From Octopus sinensis (lineage: Eukaryota), in assembly GCF_006345805.1 (NCBI RefSeq), contig NC_042998.1:174158001-174222000 (forward strand): a stretch of 64,000 bases of DNA, given 5' to 3'. This document shows positions 54,886-64,000 of this stretch, one piece after another. Position numbers and translations under genes: made by a program. The notes beneath the pieces were generated by a model that saw only the letters and a program-made list of their open reading frames with translations, made no database searches and was not told the origin of the DNA. Position 1 is the stretch's first letter. The number at the start of each line of letters is the position of its first letter.

Positions 54886-54890
<5 letters not shown>
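54689..54890. repeat. Perfect 95-bp-arm fold-back with variant hammerhead-like motif at 54789-54822; (TA)n flanks
   Basis: 54689-54783 and 54796-54890 are inverted, spacer 12 nt; TTGATAA-GCAT(AACAA)ATGC-GCAA-CCGG-TA-AAAAG. Confidence 0.85.
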
Positions 54891-54936
<46 letters not shown>

Positions 54937-55001
54937 AGATGTACTTGCATAGCAAGTGACCTGATCTGAAATGGTGTGCTGGAACGAAAACAATTGCAGC
55001 G

Positions 55002-56814
55002 TGGAAGGTGCATACAAAAACCGTTAGAGTCACTTCAACATTTAAATTTAATTTGCCAAAATATTTTCGTTTTTTTTATTACCTTTTAACAGGCGTACAT
55101 CGAAATCTTTAAGACAAATGCAACACGTACAGACAATACACAATGATACACAACATAAAATCGGAGAACTAAAAATAGAAATAGTCATTTGAGAAGAAGT
55201 AAAACCAAAACAAACGAATGAATTATGAAAAAGATGATACAATGAGGTGGAAGCCCACTCGATTCCTGACGTCGAGTGTTTACATTTAGACAGTTTTTTC
55301 TCTTCTTTTTTTCTCATTCTTTTTCACAACACATTCTCGACCGTTTTTTCTTCTCTTCTTTTTTTCTCATTCTTTTTTAACAACACATTCTCGAAAAAAA
55401 TTCACAATTTTCTTCTTAACGGAAATAGTTCACATTTTTTTCCCACCAAGATGTTTATTCCAAATTTATTACCTCTCTCTTGAAATTTTCCAGCCTTGTA
55501 TAGTCCATAACCGGCGGCCTTCGATTATAGTACATAGGCCCATATATTCTTGCCATAAACTCTCTGTAACGTCTCAACAGTTTGTTGCTCGCTGACTCAC
55601 TCACTATCAAACGCCTTTCCTCCTCTCCGAACCTCTCTTTAGGCAGTTTCACTCTCACCAAAATTTTTCCACTTTGATATTTTCTTTACCTCTATTCATT
55701 TCTTGTAAAAAAAAATCAGGGCCCCTTTATGCTTATTTTTAAACTCATTGTTCTTTGACCCTTCTGGTCTTTTCTCTTCTTCTCGTGTTTCAGGCAGCTC
55801 TATATCCTTTATGTCCGTCTTCCCTGGTTCTGCTGTCGCTTTCTGTAACACTTCCCTTGATTTTGCTTTCTTTCTTCTTTTTTGGCTGACGATTCCATCG
55901 CTCCCCTCTTTTGTCGCTTTTGTTTCTTTCTCTATCTCTTCCTTCTCTCGCTCACAGTTCTTATTTATTATCTTTTTCTGTTTCTCTCTCTATCCTTCCT
56001 TGCGTCTCCATTTCTCCCTCTGTCACCTCTTTCTCAATCTGTATCGGCTCGTTCTGTTTATTTTTATATTGCGGACACTTCAATTTGATATGTCCCCTTT
56101 CACTGCAAATGTAACAATTGGGTCTGCAAACCTCTACTATTACATTCAGGAAATTTTCCCCTTCAATCTCTATTTGGTAAGGAAGCCTCTCCATATATTC
56201 AAATGTGACACAGAGCCACATCTCAACTCCGCTTCCCCACCATTTGAGCATGTCTATTTTTCCAAACTCTGTGAGATCTGGCCTATCTTCGGTGGTCTTT
56301 ATGATGGCTGCTATCAACCACTCTGTTTTTATATCAGAGAAGAAAATATCAAAGTGGAAAAATTTTGGTGAGAGTGAAACTGCCTAAGGAGAGGTTCGGA
56401 GAGGAGGAAAGGTGTGTGATAGTGAGTGAGTCAGCGAGCAACGAACTGTGGAGGCATTATAGAGAGTTTATGGCAGGAGTGGATGGGCCTGTGTACTATA
56501 ATGGAAGGCCGCCGGTTATGGACTTTATAAGACTGGAAAAGTTCAAGAGAGAGTTAATAAATTTAGAGTAAACATTTTGGTAGGAAAAAAAATGTGAATT
56601 TGTGAATTTTTTCGAGAATGTGCTGTGAAAAAAGAATGAGAATAAAAGAGCGGAAAAACGGTCGAGAATGTGTTGTGAAAAAGAATGAGAAAGAAACGCC
56701 TGTTAATAGGTAATAAAAAAACCGAAAATATTTTGGCAAATTAAATGTTGAAGTGAATCTAACGGTTTTTGTGTTTTTTCTTAAATGGCTTATAAACACC
56801 TTCCACACTGCAAT

Positions 56815-56815
<1 letters not shown>
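55002..56815. mobile_element. Composite inverted duplication enclosing a gag-like fragment
   Basis: 55002-55686 and 56340-56815 are diverged inverted copies (paired ORFs MVRVKLPKERFGEEER...INLE on opposite strands); the left arm has an extra ~220 bp. Confidence 0.75.
55961..56317 (-). pseudogene. Retroelement ORF1/gag-like fragment with CCHC zinc knuckle
   Basis: CYICSERGHIKLKC matches CX2CX4HX4C, followed by a charged tail; likely Tx1-type ORF1. Confidence 0.7.
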
Positions 56816-56864
<49 letters not shown>

Positions 56865-56896
56865 ATATACATACTATATGCAAATATGCAATTATG

Positions 56897-56935
<39 letters not shown>

Positions 56936-57289
56936 TTACATCACACATATATGTGTACATGTATCCATACATAAAACAACCTTGCTTATGTTGTCTGAAT
57001 TCGAAAAGAGCCTAATTTCTAGACTAGAACCTGCCTATTTCGCCATTGGCGAGAAAGTCGAAGAATATAATTCGGAAAATATACACGCATGCAAACACAA
57101 AGATGCATGCACATACAAAGAGGCATACATGAATGCATATATTAATATATTGATACATGGATACACACATTCACACACACATACATACTCAAATACATAC
57201 AAGCATACATACATAAATAACCATAACCGTTACTCACAAGCGAGTATGATATCGAAGCATGTACCATGCTTCCGCTAATTGTTTTATAT

Positions 57290-57510
57290 GACGATGTAGT
57301 TGCAAGCAGACATAGATACTCTCCCATCCTTTACTAAGCGAAACATCAAGAATACATCGGCCGGAGGGAGAGAGAGAAATATTCAAATGGGTAGACTGTA
57401 GCAACGTAAACCGAGCTGCGTTGCTCAAAAACGCAATACACCACCTTGTTTCGAGATCGAACTCACATTCTTATGATCGTGAGCTCAACACTCAAACCAC
57501 AACACTACCT
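57290..57510 (-). mobile_element. tRNA-derived SINE, decayed
   Basis: Reverse complement gtggtttgagtgttgagctcacgatc...gagttcgatctc...tgcgtttttgagcaa. Confidence 0.65.
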
Positions 57511-58034
57511 ACATGCTACATACATGCATACATGCAAATATACATACATACATGCATACATAATACATACATACATACATACATGCATGCATGCATGCAT
57601 ACATACATACATACATACATACATAGTGGTTGTCTACTCCTTATGCATTCTGACCACTTCTTTTACTTACACGTACGTACATATACATACATACATATAT
57701 GCATACATACATACATACATACATACATACATACATACATACATACATACATACATACATAGAGGTTGTCTACTCCTTATGCAGTCTGACCACTTCTTTT
57801 ACTTACACCTTAGATTTATCATGGCGTCTGATGTGGCTTTTTAAACCAGAGAATGTATTGAAAAGACAAGCACATAGATTGCGTATCTGATTTGAACTAC
57901 TAAGGACTGCAGTTAAGTTCTGATTTTGGTGGATCTTAAAATATCTGTTGAGGCCTCGTTAGATTCGCAGACTTTATAGCATACATGGCATTGAAAGGTG
58001 TGCACAGATATATAAGCAGAGTATATGTAATGAA

Positions 58035-58264
58035 GGCGGCGAGCCGGCAGAAACGTTAGCACGCCGGGCGAAATGCGCTGCCGTATTTCGTCTGCCGTTA
58101 CGTTCCGAGTTCAAATTCCGCCGAGGTCGACTTTGCCTTTCATCCTTCCGGGGTCGATAAATTAAGTACCAGTTGCGCACTGGGGTCGATGTAATCGACT
58201 TAATCCCTTTGTCTGTCCTTGTTTGTCTCCTCTGTGTTTAACTCCTTGTGGGTAGTAAAGAAAT
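58035..58264 (+). mobile_element. SINE S2
   Basis: ggcggcgagccggcagaaacgttagcacg...gagttcaaattcc...ggggtcgataaattaagtacc. Confidence 0.88.
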
Positions 58265-58399
58265 ATATATATATAAGCAGAGTAGTTGGTGGATGTTCGT
58301 TTTTCATGGGCCCACAAGTGAGATTTGAGCCCATCAAAGAAAGGCATGGTTTGTCACAGACATGTGCACAGAAAAATGTCACTGAGACTCACCCTCTCG

Positions 58400-58587
58400 A
58401 TCGCAACGTTCTTCTTTGAATCTCACTTGAGTCTTGCATGTGTCATCCTGGCCTCCTCAAAAGCTTTCACTCCACTCCACACTTTTGTTCGCCATCTAAC
58501 TTGACCCGAAGCAAGGGTTTCTATGTCCTTTGGATCCATGCAAAGTGACCACATGGTTGTCCATACGCTGTCCTTAAACCTCTCTTT
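58400..58587 (-). pseudogene. RTE-clade LINE ORF2 C-terminal fragment
   Basis: KERFKDSVWTTMWSLCMDPKDIETLASGQVRWRTKVWSGVKAFEEAR, resembling RTE/BovB KRFKD...W...A.DR..WR..V..G...FE..R. Confidence 0.55.
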
Positions 58588-59515
58588 AGATTTACACAGA
58601 CAGACACAACGTTACAGGTTATTTCGTTCGGATATTCTGGTTTCCGCTTGTAATGTTTGTCTTGATTTCAGTCAAATTGCATACATGGAACATGGCTATT
58701 ATTTCTTAATCCAGGAGTGTGGTGTGGCAAATATGACTTGTATCTTTGCTGCGAGAACGCATATTAATTCCGGAGATACAGAAGAGATAAAAATGAGTAT
58801 AGCGCATATATGAATATTAAAAAAAAGAACATTTAATGTTGTTGCAAAGAATATTACTATCAATGCCAACATTTTTCTATAAGAAGAAATAAAGCAAAAG
58901 AAGTAATGCTGATATATCAAAAAGCACATAAGAAATCTAAGAAACAATTATGTATTGAAGAAAAAATTAATTTCTTGAAAGCAGTTGATCATAATTTGAA
59001 ATTTACTTTCGATTATTAATTAGTATTTTCAGTTGTCAGTTTCTTATGTTCTAAAATTTTGAATAAATCTGTTTTAGTTTAGTATTTATATAACCGTCAA
59101 TATTCAATACATGTCATTTTCTATCCATTTCTTTCTTGCTAAAATGAAAATTAAATATAAACACGGAAAGAAATTTTATGAAAGTAAAGATGTCTTCACA
59201 TTTTCACTGTTTTGTTTTCATTTTGATATTAAATTCCAATTTACTTTATTTTCTACATTTCAATATCAAGAGAAAGAGGAAGCATTATTTTATTTCTTAA
59301 CGTCACTTCAATATTCAATATTTTAGCACCATTCAATAATATAATGGCTATTGGACTTGAATGCAGGCGTCGTGTTAACCTGGCGATGAATTATCTAGGC
59401 ACGAGGTGACCGGACGTCATACACACTTTAATATACATATGTACATCTATCCATCTATATGTGTATGTGTGTGTATACACACATACGCACATATATATGC
59501 ATATATATATACATA

Positions 59516-59746
59516 AGGCGGCGAGCTGGCAGAATCGTTAGCACGTCGGGTGAAATGCTTAACGGTATTTCATCTGCCGCTACGTTCTGAGTTCAAATTC
59601 CGCCGAGGTCGACTTTGCCTTTCATCCTTTCGGGGTCGATAAATAAAGTACCAGTTTCGCACTGGGGTCGTTATAATCGACTTAATCCCTTTGTCTGTCC
59701 TTGTTTATCCCCTCTGTGTTTAGCCCCTTGTGGGCAATAAAGAAAT
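59516..59746 (+). mobile_element. SINE S2
   Basis: Near-identical to 58035-58264. Confidence 0.88.
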
Positions 59747-59782
59747 ATATATATATACAGAGAGGGACAGAGAGATATGTTC

Positions 59783-59838
<56 letters not shown>

Positions 59839-59864
59839 ACATACGTACACACACGCACACATAC

Positions 59865-59901
<37 letters not shown>

Positions 59902-59920
59902 CGCGTGTGTGTGTGTGTGT

Positions 59921-59956
<36 letters not shown>

Positions 59957-62235
59957 GTTTTTGTACTTGGTTTGCTAGCTTCTTGATCTGAATTTATGTG
60001 TTGAAACAAGTCTTGACGAGTTTTGGGAGGGTGGATCGTCACCGCAATGATAATAAACATACGCACTGGTCCAATACTGCTTTATTACTTGAATGACAGC
60101 AGGATGCAAGAAAACCCATACAAATAAATACACATCACTATGAACAATTCCAGTACACAACCATACACATCCATGCCTGCGCGCAGACGTGCATGTATGC
60201 ACAGACCACACGCCTAGACACATACACTCGAACATAAGAACACACAACCACATACATATCTATGCACAACCATAAACACACACACATACACGGGCAAAGA
60301 ATCAGGAGCACACATGCGCATACATCTGCACACATTCGCACACACACGTGTAAGCGGAAACACATACACGCACACATTAACGCTGCACACACACGGACAT
60401 ACGCATTAGGGTGGAGCGAAAAAGGTACTTTTTACACAGATTTTCAAATATGGTTTTAAGAATATTTTTTCTATTGCAAAATTCTCTAAAAACAAAAGTA
60501 GTAAAATCTGAAGTTCTTTAATTTACATCTTCAGACTCTAAAGCCCACTTGAAATTTTGAATAATGAACGAAAAATCAATTTATTACACGTCTGCCGTTC
60601 CTCATTTTATTTTTTACATTCATTATTACGAATTAATTTTCTTTTGCGTCATGCTTTCAAAATAAGTGTCGCAAAATCTCAAACTAATATTTATATCTTT
60701 AGGCTTCGCAATGCACATGAAATTTCGAAATTGTATGATTCACTGCTTGATGAAAACGTTATCAATTCAGAATCATTTACTGGGATCTGGCCGATGGCTT
60801 CTAATCAACCTCTGAACGTTCTGGTTAGATACTGTTTAATCTATTCCGTACCAATGATCATTCTTCTATTTGTCCGTTGATCCCGTAAAAAATGTTCCCT
60901 CTGTGGTAATTTTTTAAAGGAATTGCACTTGCAACTGAAATGTCAAATAAATATGTTGATGCATTCTTTTAAAACACATCACACTCTGTTCGAAACGATG
61001 GCACAGTTTTTCAATTTTTCGCAGATTTTAGTAATGCTTGGTACTTTAGATAACAGTTTAAGATTTTCGGTTTAACTGACTCAATCGTAACACAAGGGAT
61101 GGATGCCTTTTGCCAAAGAAGAATTATCTTTTCTACTACAATCTTGAAAATTTGTTTAATTGAAGGATCTTTCTTAACTACATTTTTTTCTTTTTCTCGT
61201 TCAAATAAAACACATTTTAGTACGTCCTTTTAAGTTGGCAAAACTCGCTCGATAAGATCACATGGAGTACCAAATACTGGGCATTCAATATCATGACGCG
61301 TTCTTGGCTTATGAATTATCCCTAAATTTAACGCGATCATTAATCTTAATAGAATGGCCTAAAGTCAAAGTACAAAGCAGAAACATTCACACACGTACGA
61401 CGTACGACCACACGCAACGACCGTTGCAGCGGCACTGGAGAGAAATTCACATTCCCGTTCTCTTTATTGTGGACGCGGAATCTCAAGATATTAGCTAAAT
61501 GTTACGACTTATAATCTATTAAACCCAAAATTCGACCACAAGTAGCGATTTTTTTTCAATTGCGTTGTAGAGGCTGAAAACAATAACCGCAAAGTTCTTT
61601 ATATACCTTTCTTATAACTTTAATTTGCAACAAAATATTGATTCTTGGTTAGTAATTTCGAAAGTTGCACTTTTCGCTCCACCCTAATACACATAGACAC
61701 TTGACTATTCAAAGAAACCGGCTATACCGCGCGCGCAAACGCTTGAACGCATACGCATAAGTAAATACACATACACACACATACGAACGTATACATTTGC
61801 TCAAAAACCGATTCAATCACAAAAGCACACACACTAGACCACACATTCACGTGCGCGCACACTCACACATACATACGCGCATGTGCACATACACACGTAC
61901 ACACATACACACCCTCTGTTCCTCTCCCCCTCCTCACATAAGGAACAGCACCCATAATCTTTACGGGATGACAAGTAAATCCCAGCAAATCGGAGACAGA
62001 AGTGATCTTGAACAAAAGGCCGATCCCTTAAAGAGATCATAGGTGGACAACGCACATACACTCACAAACACACAGACACACAAGTACAGATACACACAAA
62101 CACCCCTACAAGCAGGCACGCGAGTGTACACACACAAGCACACACACATACTGTTCGTTTACTCTCATCATTCCAATTTCTTATAAGCCATCACACATCT
62201 GCATACGCACATACAAGCAAGCTCAAAGGTTGACT

Positions 62236-62446
62236 TTGATGAGATCATTAGTAGCGACGAAAAGATTTTAACAAACAACTAGTTAACTGTTTAACCAACA
62301 CATTAAACAAAGAATCGTTTAGTTAGTCGATTAGATATTGATGAAGTCACTAATAGCGACGTAAGGACTTTGACAAACAAACAACCGATTAATTGTTTAA
62401 CCAACATATTAAACAAATGATCGTTTAGTTAGTTGATTAGATATTT
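62236..62446. repeat. Diverged ~102-bp tandem dimer
   Basis: Units start TTGATGA at 62236 and 62338 and share acaaacaac...tgtttaaccaaca.attaaacaaa..atcgtttagttagt.gattagatatt. Confidence 0.8.
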
Positions 62447-62749
62447 AACCGATTGACATGCAATTTAGTGGTAGACAGTGCGTGTGTGTATTATTATTAT
62501 TAGTGTAATGTCCCTCCCAAGGGTGTATTTCTAACGCGCCGCTCTGAACAAATATTTATAATATCTAATCCAGCCACCAACCAATTAGCATAAATCATTT
62601 CGGTTAAGTTATAGTTTGTGTTATATTTAAATAGTGATTTGAAAATTATTTTCTTCGTAGCCGGAGGAATGAGATATTACTTATCCTTAACAATTTCTTT
62701 TCTATGTATTTCTTTCTTTTATTTCGTTTACCAGTTACTGCTTGAGAGC

Positions 62750-63700
62750 TGCGGCCATGCTGGGGTACCACTGTTAGTTTTGTTTCCCTTTCACAACTTG
62801 ATATGTAAAATTTGGTGATCGAGAGAGTTTAATGTCACTGCCCTCACCTGCGTTTCCTGCCGCCAAATAGGTCCATCCGGAACTCTTGACAGGAGGAGAT
62901 CCAGTTATGTTTTGAAGATACTTGCATTCACCCTATGTAGATCTCACTTGCTTTTGGGCAGAATACTGAAGAGTTGTGAGCCCTTGAAAGCCAAGCTGAT
63001 GTAATATCTCCACCTGCATCTTAATGGTGATATTGGGATCTTTGACACAATTTTCTTTGTAGTTGTACTGATATGAATCGATATACTTTTTTCTTTTATT
63101 TTTTCTTTTATTTTATATTTAGTGCCATATTTATAGTTTATAAAACTATAAAAAAAGTGCTAAATTCCTTGTTCTGTATCATACATGCACACATATATAC
63201 AAGATTAAACAAATATTACTTTATGGATAGTACAGAAATGTGCAAAAATAAAAGGTGACCGCAATGGCCTTTTGTGTGATTCCAACCCCGCCGGCGCAAC
63301 ATCTCCATAGTTCTATTCCTGTGTGAGACATTTGTATCGTCTGCATAGCTAGCAAGAAGGGGTATCTGAGCAGTAGAGGGCACATCTAAGATGGCCTCTA
63401 TGAATAGCAATAGCCCCAAGACAGTGCCCTGTAGAACACAACTCACTATCTGTGTTTCCCCAGAGTTGCCTCCATTGGCCGCCACAGCCTGACATCTATC
63501 TTTTAAAATGTTGGGTTGCCACTCTCCAAGTTTTCCGACTATGCTGAGATCAGGCAGTTTGTGACATATCATACCATAGGCGATTTTATCAAAGGCTTTT
63601 GCTAAGTTGAGATATATTACGTCCACACTTGAATTGTTTAGTAACTGCTTTAACAGCAAGTCTTATTGTTGTAAGAACAGGTACCCTTGCTTGTTCAGAA
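62750..63700 (-). mobile_element. CR1-like LINE, decayed 3' part
   Basis: 63659->63216 VDVIYLNLAKAFDKI...QGTVLGLLLF...SYADDT; 63050->62780 encodes a CR1-type C-terminus and ends in the cagtggtaccccagcatggccgc tail. Confidence 0.85.
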
Positions 63701-64000
63701 GTAATTATTTCGAAACTTTCGTTCCAGTATAGACATCGACTGATTTGTACGGAAGGCAAGCAGGGTGAAGTTAACTCAATATAAACACGTGAAACAACAT
63801 TAAATTAAAATGATGATGTCTATATTATTTACATTGTAAGTACAAATGTCGAACGTCACTCGATGTAATATTTCGTCTCAGAAAAACTTCTTTTGTGATA
63901 AAAACGACTGCTCTCATTGTCAGGAAGTGAGAAATTAAAAGTAAACATCTAAAGAAATTAGCAGTGAAAGAAAATGTAATCGGAAATATCGTTTAATTTA

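Noticed and set aside
62964-63000. CTGAAGA...GAAA hammerhead-like spacing
   Set aside because: No helix II pairing and no valid helix III or cleavage triplet; lies in CR1 coding sequence.

Overview
AT-rich eukaryotic DNA dominated by microsatellites and transposable elements. The SINE repertoire and simple-repeat load resemble a coleoid cephalopod such as Octopus (inference, not tested). No host protein-coding gene can be called confidently; one 99-nt candidate exon sits at 11648-11746. Most supplied ORFs are translated microsatellites. Real coding remnants all belong to elements: an R4/Dong-type retrotransposon in (TAA)n (43709-46299), Tx1/L1-like, CR1-like, RTE-like, Penelope-like (PLE), pogo, mariner and Chapaev3-like transposase fragments. 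The most striking signal is a high density of type I hammerhead ribozyme motifs, found by manual scanning. Four have complete canonical cores (5561-5626 +, 22253-22337 -, 26772-26817 +, 34396-34466 +), and about ten more are variant, decayed or half motifs. They lie in short, PLE-terminus-like repeats next to (TA)n, carry different short palindromes in helix III, and often sit at or near the apex of long fold-back inverted repeats. A second theme is a (TAA)n-embedded pair: the Dong-like LINE and a ~550-bp non-coding element, plus a 140-bp chimera of the two. All folds and translations were done by eye; element boundaries are approximate unless TIRs or TSDs are quoted.
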